NCBI GenBank assembly: GCA_963823665.1
Contig: CAWGMQ010000005.1
Location: 1,312,001-1,376,000 of the forward strand
Direction of reading: 5' to 3'
Origin: an uncultured Planctomycetota bacterium
GTDB taxonomy: Bacteria; Planctomycetota; Planctomycetia; Isosphaerales; Isosphaeraceae
Length of the DNA stretch: 64,000 nt
Translations under genes and position numbers: made by a program
Part shown: one piece after another, positions 10,213-21,404 of the stretch
How positions within the stretch are numbered: the first letter of the stretch is position 1
Layout of the letters: each line of letters opens with the position of its first letter
The notes under the pieces: generated by a model
The model's input: the letters and a program-made list of their open reading frames with translations, nothing else
What the model was told of the DNA's origin: nothing
Database searches by the model: none

Positions 10213-12375
10213 TCATCCCTTCACGAGCTTCGGGCGAGGATAGAACGGTTCGCCCTTTCGTGCTTTCTCAAGGAGCATCTCGGTCGGCTCGAACCGTTTG
10301 CCCAGTGGTGCATAACGCGCCAGGCGATCCACCACGGCGCCGGCTCCCTGGCTGTCGCACCACCTCAGAATTCCCCCTCGGAACGGCGGGAACCCGATCC
10401 CCAGGATCAGCCCCATGTCCACGTCGGCCGGCTCGCGGACGATCCCTTCCGCCAGCACCCGGGTTGCCTCGAGCAGCATGGGCAGGAACAAACGGTCGGT
10501 GATCTCTTCCTGGGACAGCGATTTCTCGGCCGTCTTGTGCTTGGCGATGATCGCGAGCACGGTCGGATTCGCCTGCGGCGCCGACCGTTTGCCATCGCTG
10601 ATCCAGAACTTCTGGACCGGCGAGTTTGGCATGGGCCCCGCCTTGAGCATCTCTTCGAGGATGGGCGACGTCGCCACCCGATCGGGAAAAGCGTGCGCGA
10701 TCACTTTGCCGGCAAAGCACGCGGTTTGAAGGCCTACCATATCGGTCAACGTGAGCGGGCCCACCGGCATGCCGAATTTCGTCGCCGCGCGGTCGATCGC
10801 ATCCATCGCCACACCCTCATGCAAGAGGATGAGGCTCTCGTTCATGTACGGGAACAGCACGCGATTGACGAGGAACCCCGGGCAGTCGTTGACCACGATC
10901 GGCGTCTTGCGGATTTTCCTGGCAAGCGCCACGATCGTCGCGACCGTCGCGTCACTCGTCCTGGCGCCGCGAATGATCTCGACCAGCTCCATGCGATCGA
11001 CCGGACTGAAGAAGTGCATGCCGATGAACTGCTCGGCGCTCGGGGCCGATTCCGCCATGCGGGTGATCGAGATCGTCGAGGTGTTGGTGGCCAGGATCGC
11101 GTCGGGCCGCATCACCTGCGCGAGCCCCTTGTAGACCTCTTTCTTGAGGGCCTCATTTTCGGTCACCGCCTCGATGACCACGTCGCAGTCGGCGAAGATC
11201 TTGGGCGAAGTGGACGTGCTGATTGCCGCCAGCATGCTCGCCATATCCTTGGGAGCGGCCCGGCCGATCTTGATCCGGCTCATGACGACTTCCTGGGCGC
11301 GCTTCATGCCGTCGGAGATCTTGGCATCGTCGATATCAACCATCGCGGTGGGAATTCCCGACCGGGCGTGCGCGGCGACGATGCCGGAGCCCATGAGGCC
11401 CGCCCCCGAAACGCCGACGCGCTTCACGGGCTTGGGCGTAACCCCCGGGTTGCTCACTCCCGGGTCGCGCGAGAGACGGTTCTTCATGAAGAAGATGGCG
11501 ATCAGGTTGCCCATGATCGGCGAGCCGTGCAGCTCTTGAAAAGCCTTCTGCTCGACCTTCAGCCCCTCTTCCAGCGGCACGTTGCAGCCGTCGCGAATCG
11601 CCTTGAGCGCGACCAGGGGGGCAGGATACTGCCCCTTGGTCTTGCCCTTGATGGCGCCCTCGGCGACGGCAAAGGCGAAATGAAACGCGTCGGTGGTGAG
11701 GCCGAGCGCCTGTTCTCGCGCGGCTCGCCGCTCCTTCCACTGCCCGTTCGCGATCAGGTATTCGATGAGCCGCCGGCCTTCCTCCAGCAGGCTTTCCGCT
11801 GGAACGATGTCGAAGGCGAAACCCAGAGAGACGGCCTTCTGCGCGGAGATGATCTCGCTCGAGCACACCATTTCGATGGCGGCGTTCAGTCCGATCAAGC
11901 GCGGCAGCCTTTGAGTGCCGCCCCAGCCCGGCAAGAGCCCGAGGCTCACTTCAGGCAGCCCGATTTGGGTGTGAGGCGCGCTCGAGACCAGACGCTCGTC
12001 CATGACGAGTGCCAGCTCCGTGCCGCCGCCCATGCAGGCGCCGTCGATCAAGGCCACCATGGGAAACGGCAGCCGGCTGATGCGGTTGAAAAGCCCGTGG
12101 CCCGACGTGAGCAGGCCGGCAACCTGGTCGGCCGTGGCGTAGCTCATCGCGGCCAGCTCGTTGAGGTCGGCTCCGGCGACGAACTGGCCCGCCTTCCCGC
12201 TGCGCAACAGCAGTCCGCGCAGGTCGGTGCGATTTTCGAGCGCAGCAGCCAGGCCGGCCAGCTCTTGCAAGACCTCGCGGCCGAGCGTGTTCACCTTCTT
12301 GTCGGCAACGTCGAAAGTGACCTGTGCGATCTGGCCGTCCAGCTCGTCCAATCGAAATGCGTTGGCCATCTTCAA
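10213..12375 (-). CDS. Multifunctional enoyl-CoA hydratase / 3-hydroxyacyl-CoA dehydrogenase (FadB/FadJ family)
   Basis: FVAGADL, GGGTEL, GLPEV and PGWGGTQRLPRLIG, followed by GAGLMG, VIEAVTE, ATNTSTI, GMHFF, PGFLVNR. Confidence 0.93.
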   Translation of the reverse strand: MKMANAFRLDELDGQIAQVTFDVADKKVNTLGREVLQELAGLAAALENRTDLRGLLLRSGKAGQFVAGADLNELAAMSYATADQVAGLLTSGHGLFNRISRLPFPMVALIDGACMGGGTELALVMDERLVSSAPHTQIGLPEVSLGLLPGWGGTQRLPRLIGLNAAIEMVCSSEIISAQKAVSLGFAFDIVPAESLLEEGRRLIEYLIANGQWKERRAAREQALGLTTDAFHFAFAVAEGAIKGKTKGQYPAPLVALKAIRDGCNVPLEEGLKVEQKAFQELHGSPIMGNLIAIFFMKNRLSRDPGVSNPGVTPKPVKRVGVSGAGLMGSGIVAAHARSGIPTAMVDIDDAKISDGMKRAQEVVMSRIKIGRAAPKDMASMLAAISTSTSPKIFADCDVVIEAVTENEALKKEVYKGLAQVMRPDAILATNTSTISITRMAESAPSAEQFIGMHFFSPVDRMELVEIIRGARTSDATVATIVALARKIRKTPIVVNDCPGFLVNRVLFPYMNESLILLHEGVAMDAIDRAATKFGMPVGPLTLTDMVGLQTACFAGKVIAHAFPDRVATSPILEEMLKAGPMPNSPVQKFWISDGKRSAPQANPTVLAIIAKHKTAEKSLSQEEITDRLFLPMLLEATRVLAEGIVREPADVDMGLILGIGFPPFRGGILRWCDSQGAGAVVDRLARYAPLGKRFEPTEMLLEKARKGEPFYPRPKLVKG

Positions 12376-12400
12376 GCGACTCCTTCACAGTTGGTCATCG

Positions 12401-14313
12401 TCAGGATGCGTACGGCATCAAGATTTCGCCGGCATCGATGCCCGCGATGGCCTCAAACCCGCCGGAAGCAACGGCGTCGCCGAGCTTGGTGACCGCACGG
12501 AGCTCTGCGTCGGTCGGCCGTCCTCCGGTAAGCCGGCGCTTGAGGTCGCTGCAGAGCACTCCAGCCGCCGCCTGCACGATCTCGCTCGACTGCCGGCCGG
12601 CCCAGAGGCTGGTCGCGAGCATCACCACCCGATCCTGGATGCGCTGCGATATCTCGGCCATCCGGCACTGGCGGTCGGCCAATTTGAGCTGGTGCTTGAA
12701 CATCAGCTTGCTGATCTCGAGCCGGCTGCCTTCCAGGCCGGCCGCCGCGTACTGGGCATGCGCGGCCAGGGGGGCCGGAATCGGTGGGCCGTCCAGGTGC
12801 AGCCGCTGCCGCGGCGTGAGCATCTCAGCCAGGCGCCACTTTCCATACGGTGCGAGGGCACCCTTGAGCGCCCAGGCATGGGCCGGATTGAGCGGATTCG
12901 GCTTGCTGATGCCCGCAGCCTGCAAGGCCCGGCCGACGGGCTCGAAAAACTCTTTGCCGTGTTCCTTGATCAGCGATTTGAAGAACGCCATGCCCAGCAT
13001 CTCGCCTTCGCCTTCGTAGATGCACGGGGCCAGATACTCGTGTACGTTTTCTCCGAACGGATGCCCGCGCAGGAACGCACGGCCGCCGTGAGTCTTCATG
13101 AAGAGCTCGATGGCGGCCTCTTTCTGGCTCTCGCTGCCGAAGATCTTGGCGACGATGCACTCGAGCTCGCCCCGGTAGCCCTGATCGAGCAGCCATGAAC
13201 ACCAATCGACGAGCGCGTCGCAGCCGACGATCAACGCGGCCAGGCGGCCGATGCGCCTGAGCACCAGCTCGCGACTGACGATCGCGGCGCCGTAGGTTCG
13301 GCGGAAGCGAGCCCAGGGCAGCAGATTGGCGAGCATCACCCGCATCGAGCCTGCGGCGGTGGCGCACAAGGCCACTCGGCCCAGGTTGAGGCCGTGGTAG
13401 GCGATCGTCAGGCCGTCTCCCTGCGCCGGCCGGAGCAGATTCTCGGCGGGCACGCGCAGGCCGTTGAACTTGAGCCCGTTGTTATGCAGGTGCTTGAGGG
13501 CGAAGAGGCCGTACGTCACCAGCTTGAACTGGTCGTTTTCGTGATCGGGCAGATCGACGATCAAGACCGCGGGCTTGCCTTCGATCCGGCATACCAGGCC
13601 GACCGTCCGGCCCGGTACGGCGTTGGTGATGAAAAGCTTCTCGCCATCGATGACGTACTCATCGCCGTCGAGCCGCGCCTCGGTGCGCAGGGCAGTCAGG
13701 TCCGAGCCGGCGCAGGGCTCGGTCAGGGCAAAACCCGAGAGCTTCTCACCGCTGGCCAGTTGAGGGAGATAGCGCTCTTTCTGCTCGGTGCTGCCGAAGG
13801 TTCGCAGCGGATCGACCGCGCCGATGCAACCGTGAACCGATGCAAGACCCGCCACGTTCGGCTCGATCGTCGCCATTCGCGTCAAGAACCGCGAAAATGC
13901 GGCAAACGGCGCACCGACGCCGCCAAACTGCGGGTCGATCAAGAGGCCCCAGTAGCCGGCGGCCGAGAGATCATCAAGGACGGCCTGGGATACCTTGTTG
14001 TCGGGCCCGTACAAGGTTCGTTGGCGCGGTGCTTGGTGACCGCCTCGAGCGACTTCTGCATCGTGCGCTGACATGCCTGTGGGACGACCGGCTGCTGGGG
14101 CAGGAAAAGCTCCACGGGCAGCTTCCGTTCCCAGACGGCGCGATGGACGGGACTGTTCGCAGTCTGGTAGCGCGCAGCGAAGAGGGCATCGACCTGATCG
14201 TCGGCCCGATCCACCGTGCCGGTTGTCCGCGCTTCTTCCTCGCTCTTGCCACCCATCTTGAGCGCGGCTTCGACGAATGTCTCGCGCTCCGGTTCCTTCA
14301 ACTGGGTTTCCAT
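12401..14313 (-). CDS. Acyl-CoA dehydrogenase; one frameshift near 14018
   Basis: [31 protein letters not shown]. The N-terminus [13 protein letters not shown] is in ORF 13939..14313 and would join by one missing G (aac-g[g]a-acc). Confidence 0.88.
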
Positions 14314-14339
14314 CGGGAAAGCCTCATCTTTCGTTTGGG

Positions 14340-15728
14340 TCAGGAGACCTCCTGTGCGAGCAGCCAGTCCTCCAGAATGATATGGTTCAGGAACGGAGCC
14401 CGCAACAGCACTGCGTTTGCGGGCAGCTTTCGAGTCAGCCAGCTATTGCGGCTGATACTGGGGATGACGCTGCTGCCCAGGCGGTCAAGGTGCTTCATTT
14501 TCAGTTGTTTCATGATCCGGTTGCTCAACCGGTCAAAGCCTGTCGGGAACAACTTCGGCTCAGGACCGGCGTGAATCACGATATCAGCCCCGGAAGCCAG
14601 GGCGTTCTCCATGACATCCCACAGTCGCTGGGGATGATCGGTCCAATCGGCCAGGATCGCGCGGCTGTTCCACTCGTCGTAGCTGGCGCTGCCCGTCGCG
14701 CAGGAGACGATGGTCGGGCTCGGCTTGCGGTCGCCGCCGCCGATGTGATGCATCGCCATCGCGGTTCGGTTGGGGATATTGCGCTCCCACACAAGTGGCG
14801 TGTGCAGCGGCGGCCAGTGGTTCGGCCGGCGCCGCAGTGTCACGCCCGCGGGGAGGAACTCGTGCATCTCCTGGTCCAGCATGGAGAGCGTGTCGTGCTG
14901 ACCCAGTAGAAGCACCTGGTACGGCGAGAGATACGTCGAGGGGCCGATCAGCCCATGGCCGCGCCGGCTGATCGCTGCGCAGAGATGCTCGACGTCCTCG
15001 ATTTGAAGCGTCGCCCCGTGTACCGAGAGAATCCCCATGGTGGTGTTGGCAGTGAGCTCGGCGCAATCCTTTGCCAGGGAAAGGGGTACGGGCAGAAGCT
15101 GCTCCATCGTATAGACGCCGCCGAGCACAAGTGAGGAGAGCTCGCCGATGCTGTGGCCGAACGAGAGCCGCGCCTGACGGACGTGGATGTCGAAGATTTC
15201 TTCGAGGATTCGCATTTGCGCGATCTGAATGGCGACGACGGTCCCGATATCGTGCACGAAAGTGGTCAGGTCGGATGGCTCGTGCGCGAGCACGCGGGCG
15301 ACAAGATCGACTTTCTCTCCCTGCGCATCGCTGCAGAGCGCCGAGGCTGTCTCGAGCGAGCTGCGCACAATCGAGCCATAGACGGGGTGCTCGAGGAGCT
15401 CTGCGCTGCGACCGATGTTGCTCGTGTCGTATCCTCGGAAGGCGATGGCCGCGCCGGAAATTCGCTTCTTGAGGTCGTCGCGCGCCACTTGCCGCCGCGC
15501 CGGCGCGGCTGCCACGCTCGGTGCGCCCGGGGGCTTGGGAAGAGCCAGCCTGGACGGCCGGTGGCTGGCCAGCCAAGAGGGTGCCCAGCTTCGCCAGCGA
15601 GCCTCGCGCTCCTCAACTTTCGCCGTTCGCATGGCCAAGACCCTCAAGACGCACTCGGCCCGCTCTTCGGCGGGCGCAAGGGGCTCGATCTCTCTTGGGA
15701 AAGAACGCGGCTCTTCCGAGCCAACCAC
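14340..15728 (-). CDS. ACP S-malonyltransferase (FabD)-like acyltransferase; true start probably downstream (e.g. 15632)
   Basis: AFRGY, GHSIGE nucleophile motif, PPLHTP, IHAGPEP. Confidence 0.75.
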   Translation of the reverse strand: MVGSEEPRSFPREIEPLAPAEERAECVLRVLAMRTAKVEEREARWRSWAPSWLASHRPSRLALPKPPGAPSVAAAPARRQVARDDLKKRISGAAIAFRGYDTSNIGRSAELLEHPVYGSIVRSSLETASALCSDAQGEKVDLVARVLAHEPSDLTTFVHDIGTVVAIQIAQMRILEEIFDIHVRQARLSFGHSIGELSSLVLGGVYTMEQLLPVPLSLAKDCAELTANTTMGILSVHGATLQIEDVEHLCAAISRRGHGLIGPSTYLSPYQVLLLGQHDTLSMLDQEMHEFLPAGVTLRRRPNHWPPLHTPLVWERNIPNRTAMAMHHIGGGDRKPSPTIVSCATGSASYDEWNSRAILADWTDHPQRLWDVMENALASGADIVIHAGPEPKLFPTGFDRLSNRIMKQLKMKHLDRLGSSVIPSISRNSWLTRKLPANAVLLRAPFLNHIILEDWLLAQEVS

Positions 15729-15742
15729 GCCCCCTCTATCAA

Positions 15743-15821
15743 GGAAGGTGAGGCGCCTGCCGAGCCCACACGTGTTGCGAGCTTCTCTGTTGTATAGGGC
15801 TCGGCAAGCGCCTCAGCCTCC
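15743..15821. repeat. REP-like inverted doublet
   Basis: ggaaggtgaggcgcctgccgagccc (15743-15767) pairs with gggctcggcaagcgcctcagcctcc (15797-15821). Confidence 0.75.
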
Positions 15822-16395
15822 CTGAAGGAAATACGATGGCCAACCCCAGAGAGGACGATGGCTTGTCCGATCGCAGCCGAAAAACAACGTCCGAGGCCGG
15901 AGAACGCCGGCCTCCAGTTCCCGCGCAGAGAACCACCTCTTCCCGTTCTTGGGCCATCCGCGGCTCGAATATGGTCCCGAGATCCGGGAACGCTCACCAG
16001 GGACAGGAATTGACCGGGCCATCCGTGATCGCACGACTTCGGGCCGGAACAGGCCGCTTTCTGCTTCCCTTGTCAACGGTCGAGCACCATCGGGGCCGAT
16101 TGAACGCACCGCGGCCTCCGTCGCATGTCCTTGACAAGGAAGGCGTCGTGTACCACTGATATTATAGGCGATTCCCCCGGTAAGGCTAGTCTGATAACCT
16201 GCTCCGCCAGGACTGTTTTGACCGGTTGAACAACTTGTAGGGACCGTGCGGGCAATATCGGAATCATGCGCGCTTGCCTTGTCGCGGGAACCGTGACATG
16301 GCAGGATGGCCTTTTTGAGCATGCGCGGGTACGGCCAGGAGCTTTTCGCCCGATGCGCCGGGCAAGGTCTGCCAGAGCAAGCAAAGAGCCACGAA

Positions 16396-17712
16396 ATGAA
16401 GATCGCGGTTGTCGGAACGGGATATGTCGGGCTGGTGCAAGGGACGTGCTTGGCTGAGAGCGGGAACGACGTCGTATGTGTTGACAAGGTCGAAAGTAAG
16501 ATCCAGGGTCTCACGCAAGGCCGCGTGCCGATCTACGAGCCTGGTCTGGCTGAGCTCGTCCATCGGAACCTACGCGACAGTCGATTGTCGTTCACCACGA
16601 AGCTCGCCGAGGGAATCAGGGAGGCGGAACTTGTTTTCATCGCCGTTGGAACGCCCCAGGGCAACGACGGCGGCGCGGATTTGAGCGGGGTGTTCGAGGT
16701 TGGCTGCCAGATCGCGCGTGCGCTCGACTCTCCCAAGACGATCGTGATCAAGAGCACGGTGCCGGTTGGAACCAATGCCGAGGTGGCCCGGCGAATGGCC
16801 GAGGTGACAAAGGTCACCTTCGACGTGGCCAGCAATCCCGAGTTCCTCAAGGAAGGGGCCGCGATCGACGACTTCAACAAGCCGGACCGAGTGGTCGTCG
16901 GTGTGCGCCGCCCCGAGGTGACCAAGCAGTTGCACAACCTGTACGAGCCGTTCTTGAGGACGGACCGGCCGTTTCTTGTGATGAGCCCCGAAAGCGCGGA
17001 GATGACCAAGTACGTTGCCAACTGCCTGCTGGCGACCAAGATCAGCTTCGTGAACGAGATGGCCAACCTTTGTGAAGAGTACGCGGCCGATATCAACGAC
17101 GTGCGGCGCGGCATCGGCCACGACCAGCGGATCGGCTTTCACTTTCTCTTTCCCGGAGTGGGCTACGGCGGTAGCTGCTTTCCAAAAGACATTCGCGCCG
17201 TGATTCACATGGCCCAGTCCAAGGGGATCGGCGCGCAGATGATGGAAGCCGTTGACAGTGTCAACGAGGCGCAGAAGACCGTGCTTTTCCGGAAGATCCA
17301 CCGGCACTTTCGCGGAGATCTCAAGGAAAAGACGATCGCGATCTGGGGGCTGGCCTTCAAACCGCGAACCGACGATGTGCGTGAGGCCCCTGCCCTCGTC
17401 TTGATCGACTCGCTCTTGAGCGCCGGCGCGGCGCTACGGCTGCACGACCCCGAGGCGCTGGGCCACGTTCGGGCTCTCTACGGCGACCGGGTGGTGTGCT
17501 GTGATCGTCCCTACGGCGCGCTCGAGCAGGCTGACGCACTCGCGGTCGTCACCGAGTGGAACGAGTTTCGCAACCCGGACTTCGAGGTCATGCGCCGGCT
17601 GATGCGCCAGCCGGTGATCTTCGACGGCCGGAACGTATTCGACCCCCCGCGCATGGCGGCGCTCGGTTTCGTCTACCAGGGCATCGGACGGGCAGTGTCG
17701 CATCAAGAATGA
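16396..17712 (+). CDS. ugd: UDP-glucose 6-dehydrogenase
   Basis: [46 protein letters not shown]. Confidence 0.95.
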   Translation: MKIAVVGTGYVGLVQGTCLAESGNDVVCVDKVESKIQGLTQGRVPIYEPGLAELVHRNLRDSRLSFTTKLAEGIREAELVFIAVGTPQGNDGGADLSGVFEVGCQIARALDSPKTIVIKSTVPVGTNAEVARRMAEVTKVTFDVASNPEFLKEGAAIDDFNKPDRVVVGVRRPEVTKQLHNLYEPFLRTDRPFLVMSPESAEMTKYVANCLLATKISFVNEMANLCEEYAADINDVRRGIGHDQRIGFHFLFPGVGYGGSCFPKDIRAVIHMAQSKGIGAQMMEAVDSVNEAQKTVLFRKIHRHFRGDLKEKTIAIWGLAFKPRTDDVREAPALVLIDSLLSAGAALRLHDPEALGHVRALYGDRVVCCDRPYGALEQADALAVVTEWNEFRNPDFEVMRRLMRQPVIFDGRNVFDPPRMAALGFVYQGIGRAVSHQE

Positions 17713-17749
17713 CCGATTCACCTCGACGTTTTACCGCGCGAGAATTCTG

Positions 17750-19180
17750 GTGTCGACCCGGCTGCTCTTGAGCGTTGTGCGAGAAGTCCTCGACGTGCCG
17801 GCCGCTCGGCTGGCGGCGGTGATCGGGAGGTGGCCGGAGCCCGCGCTGCTCGAGAGCGGAACGGATCCTGGCGACGCGGGGCAGTTCAGTATCCTCACGG
17901 CCTATCCGCGCCTGGTCTGGGAAGCGACCGGCCAGAGCTGGTCTCTGCGCACGGACAGCGGCCGCTGCGAGCACGGTCGGGGAGATGTGCTTTCCAATCT
18001 GACGGCGCTCCTCGAGCGTTACCGGCTGGCGCAGCCGGAAGATCGAGGTGACGCCTGGCTCCCGCCATTTCAAGGCGGCATGATCGGGTTTTTCGGTTAT
18101 GACCTGGCGCCCGAGCTCGAGCGGCTGCCGCGCCGCCGGGGCGCGACTCGCCTCCCCGATATCCGGCTGGCGCTCTATGACACGGCCGTCTTGATCGACT
18201 CTCGAGCCGGCACGATCGAGCTGTGGAGCTGGGATTTGACCGGCGAAGGGCGCTCGGCGGCGCTCGAGCGCTGCCAGAGCTGGCGCAAATCGATCGAGAG
18301 ATCGCTCGACTCGCCGCGAGCGGAACGCAAGCGACGTTCTACATTCGATAATCTGACGGCGTCGCTCAACCGCGACAGCTATCTCGAAAAGGCCGTTCGG
18401 GTGCTCGAGTACATCGCCGCGGGCGATGTGTTTCAGGTGAACCTTTCGCAACGATACCTGGCGACGGGGCATCCCGACCCGCTGGACATCTACCTGCGGC
18501 TGAAGGCGAGGAGCCCTGCGCCCTATGCCGCGTTTCTGCACTGGGGAGACCTCGCCGTTGCATCGGCGAGCCCGGAGTTGTTCTACCAGACGCACGGGCG
18601 CGCGATCGTGACGCGCCCGATCAAGGGAACGCGCCCGCGCGGATGCACGCCCGCGGAAGACGAGCGGCTCGCGGCCGAGCTACGCAGCTCGGCCAAGGAC
18701 CGCGCCGAGCTCACGATGATTGTCGACCTCGAGCGCAACGACCTGGGGCGGGTGTGCGAGTACGGCTCGGTCGATGTCGCCGAAGCGCTGAAGCTCGAGT
18801 CATTCGCGCAGGTGCATCATCTGGTCGCGACGGTTGAAGGGGCCATCCGCCCCGGCGCCGGGCCCGTCGACGTGGTCCGTGCGGTGTTCCCCGGCGGCTC
18901 GATCACCGGCGCCCCCAAGATCCGCGCCATGGAGATCATCGACGAGCTCGAGGTGAATCGGCGCAGCCTGTACACCGGCGCAATCGGCTATTTCAGCCGG
19001 GGCGGATCGAGTGCCTTCAACATCGCGATCCGTACCGTTCTGATCGAGGGCAATCGCGCCAGTTTCCAGGTAGGAGGGGGGATCGTGGCTGATTCCGACC
19101 CCGAGGCCGAGTACGAGGAGACACTGGTGAAAGGGCGGGGGATGCGCGCGGTTTTGAGTCCGCACGACGATGAGGGATGA
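17750..19180 (+). CDS. pabB: Aminodeoxychorismate synthase component I
   Basis: SPELF, RPIKGT, KDRAELTMIVDLERND, PGGSITGAPK, NIAIRT. The start may be ATG 17709 with a frameshift. Confidence 0.85.
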   Translation: MSTRLLLSVVREVLDVPAARLAAVIGRWPEPALLESGTDPGDAGQFSILTAYPRLVWEATGQSWSLRTDSGRCEHGRGDVLSNLTALLERYRLAQPEDRGDAWLPPFQGGMIGFFGYDLAPELERLPRRRGATRLPDIRLALYDTAVLIDSRAGTIELWSWDLTGEGRSAALERCQSWRKSIERSLDSPRAERKRRSTFDNLTASLNRDSYLEKAVRVLEYIAAGDVFQVNLSQRYLATGHPDPLDIYLRLKARSPAPYAAFLHWGDLAVASASPELFYQTHGRAIVTRPIKGTRPRGCTPAEDERLAAELRSSAKDRAELTMIVDLERNDLGRVCEYGSVDVAEALKLESFAQVHHLVATVEGAIRPGAGPVDVVRAVFPGGSITGAPKIRAMEIIDELEVNRRSLYTGAIGYFSRGGSSAFNIAIRTVLIEGNRASFQVGGGIVADSDPEAEYEETLVKGRGMRAVLSPHDDEG

Positions 19181-19298
19181 AGCACGGATTGCTTTCATCG
19201 GATCGCCGATTGACGGGTATGAACGGAGCAGACGCCGCCGCAGAGCCTGGTGTCTGCGGCCGATATCCGTCGGTTTGCGCTGCTGCGAGGCCCGGGCA

Positions 19299-20060
19299 TC
19301 ACCGGCGACGGACGGCCGATCTGGCTGCCGTTGCAAAGTGCGTTTCCGAACCGGATTCCGCCAAAGTTCTGTCGCGCAGGCTGACGATTGCAGCCTTGTC
19401 GAGCAACTCTCCATCGAACACGATTTGAAGACTCGAGGGATCCGCGCGATTTCTGAGATACTTCGATACGTTCATCCATTTCAGAGACTCGCTCGAGTCC
19501 ATGATCACGAGAAAAACGTCGTAGCGCTGCGCCTGCCAGTAGCGGATGTGCCGCTCCTCGCGGACGTCGAAAATCAGTTTCTGATCCCGCTTCCGCGGTC
19601 TCAGGTACGAATCGCCGCTCTTGAGCTGTACATAGACGCGACGACCGGATGCTTCTCCCGAGGCGTCTCTGAACTCGATTTCGCCGTCGATTCCATGATC
19701 CCAAATCGGCGTCGGTCGGAAGATCTGTCGCGCTCTGGCACAGAGTACGTGCATCTTGCCAATCAACAGTCCTTCTTTCGATTCATTATCGAGCACGTCA
19801 TCGGCGGCAGTCCCGTCGAGAGTGTGGTTCGGCCCCGCGGATATAACTGGCCCCTCAGTCTCTAGTGTTCGCTGAAGCTCACGGCCAAGGCCTGCTAAAC
19901 AGTTGAAATCGAAAGTCGTTATCTTTGCGGGCTCGGCGAGTTGCCTCGACAATTCGCGCACGAGCTGTGAGATCGGCCGCGCAATGGGCGTTCCTGCTCC
20001 ATGCGGGATCGCGGGATGGTCGTTCAGGGCGAATGGATTCTCAGCCCTTTTCACGGTCCC
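19299..20060 (-). CDS. DUF4365 (PD-(D/E)xK nuclease-like) domain protein, probably a C-terminal fragment; start uncertain
   Basis: LDNESKE...DHGIDGEIEF...VQLKSGDSYL...HIRYW. Lower GC. The N-terminal part of ORF 19299..20261 is not protein-like. Confidence 0.65.
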   Translation of the reverse strand, partial: GTVKRAENPFALNDHPAIPHGAGTPIARPISQLVRELSRQLAEPAKITTFDFNCLAGLGRELQRTLETEGPVISAGPNHTLDGTAADDVLDNESKEGLLIGKMHVLCARARQIFRPTPIWDHGIDGEIEFRDASGEASGRRVYVQLKSGDSYLRPRKRDQKLIFDVREERHIRYWQAQRYDVFLVIMDSSESLKWMNVSKYLRNRADPSSLQIVFDGELLDKAAIVSLRDRTLAESGSETHFATAARSAVRRR

Positions 20061-20329
20061 GCTTCTGAACCTCCTTCGGTGCTTCGAAACTGCATGAGGC
20101 ACCCGCAAAGACCCAGCGCGCAGCGCGACATCCGGTCCGTGAGCACACCGCTCAGAATCGCGGATGGAGCCTGCGGGCCGAACCTCACGCCTGACTGCCG
20201 TCCGCGCGCACATGCAATGCGCCGTACGGCATCCTGAGCGAGGCTTCGGCCGAATTATCAACCTACTACGTCAAAGATTAGGGATGCTGGAACGAATGAA
20301 CGGCCTGCCGGTCTGTCGCAGGGCAATGT

Positions 20330-20814
20330 TCAGGATGCGTAACGTCTTAAGATTTTGCTGCCGCTGAAACTCCCGATGGCCTCGAACCGGGCGGAAGCAA
20401 CTGCGTTACGAAGCTTAATGACCGCGCGAAAGTCAGCGTCGCTCGGCCGCTTACCGGTGAGCCGGCGCTTCAGATCGCAGCAGACTAGCTCGGTCGCATA
20501 GTGCGTAATTTGACTTGGCTGACGACCAGCCCAGAGACTCGTAGCCAGCATCAGCACCCAGTCCTGAACGGGCTCGAAAAACGTCTTGCCGTGTTCCTTG
20601 ATCAGCGACTTGAAGGTTGGCGAGCATCACCCGCATCGAACCTGCCGCGGTGGCGCACAAGGCGACCCGGCCAAGGTTGAGGCCGTGGTAGGCGATCGTC
20701 AGCCCGTCCCCCTGCGCCGGCCGCAGCAGGTTTTCCGCGGGGCGCGCAGGCCGCTGAATTTGAGCTCGTTATTGTGCAGGTGCTTAAGGGCGAAGAGGAA
20801 GTACGTCACCAGCT
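20330..20814 (-). pseudogene. Deleted, diverged relic of the acyl-CoA dehydrogenase at 12401-14313
   Basis: 20330-20560 aligns to 12401-12630, 20568-20615 to 12936-12983, and 20617-20814 to 13326-13524. Same stop context tcaggatgcgta. Confidence 0.88.
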
Positions 20815-21004
20815 CGAGCGCGGACGGCTCGCCGATGTTGTGACCGACACGCTCTTAATCCGAACTGGACTCCCGTCATCACGGACGCCCCTTTGACGAT
20901 GCGAGGACGTGCGGCCGCGCGGTGTCGATTCGTCGACGGTATGCTGTGCCCCGCTCACGTAGCGCGAGCGCGCAAGTTTCGAGATCCCGCTTGACCCGCG
21001 ACTG

Positions 21005-21032
21005 GTGACATGTAACACTTTGGTTACATAAT
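21005..21032 (+). promoter_or_regulatory. Palindromic operator overlapping the probable promoter of the ArsR operon
   Basis: atgtaac-N6-gttacat (21010-21029) is a perfect inverted repeat. gtgaca-16-cataat ends 3 nt before GTG 21036. Confidence 0.7.
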
Positions 21033-21035
21033 ACC

Positions 21036-21404
21036 GTGAACCCTGAAGATCTCGACATCGTGTTTTTCGCCATGGCTCACCGCGACCGGCGGCGAATTTT
21101 GGAGCTCATCCGAGAATCGCCCGGTTGTCGTGTCGACGAGGTGACCCGGCGATTTGAGACGAGCCGGATTGCGGTGATGAAGCATTTACGGGTGCTCGAA
21201 ACAGCGGGGCTGATCCATTCCGAGAAAATAGGCCGCGAGCGCCGTATGTACTTCAACGTCGTGCCCATTCAGCTCATCCATGAGGCGTGGACGAACGATT
21301 TCAGTCGCGAGCTGGCCAGCGGCATGGTTCAGATCAAGCTGGCCGTCGAGGGCGAAGTTGCAGAGAAGCGCAGGAAGAACCGATCAAGGAAACACCATGC
21401 CTGA
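21036..21404 (+). CDS. ArsR/SmtB family transcriptional regulator
   Basis: VFFAMAHRDRRRIL, SRIAVMKHLRVLETAGLI, KIGRER winged HTH. Confidence 0.9.
   Translation: MNPEDLDIVFFAMAHRDRRRILELIRESPGCRVDEVTRRFETSRIAVMKHLRVLETAGLIHSEKIGRERRMYFNVVPIQLIHEAWTNDFSRELASGMVQIKLAVEGEVAEKRRKNRSRKHHA

Noticed and set aside
9778..12492. 904-aa plus-strand ORF and similar long ORFs (35492..37489, 56399..58006, 58600..60327, 61799..63319)
   Set aside because: These are antisense or alternate-frame shadows of well-supported genes in high-GC DNA, with no recognisable motifs.
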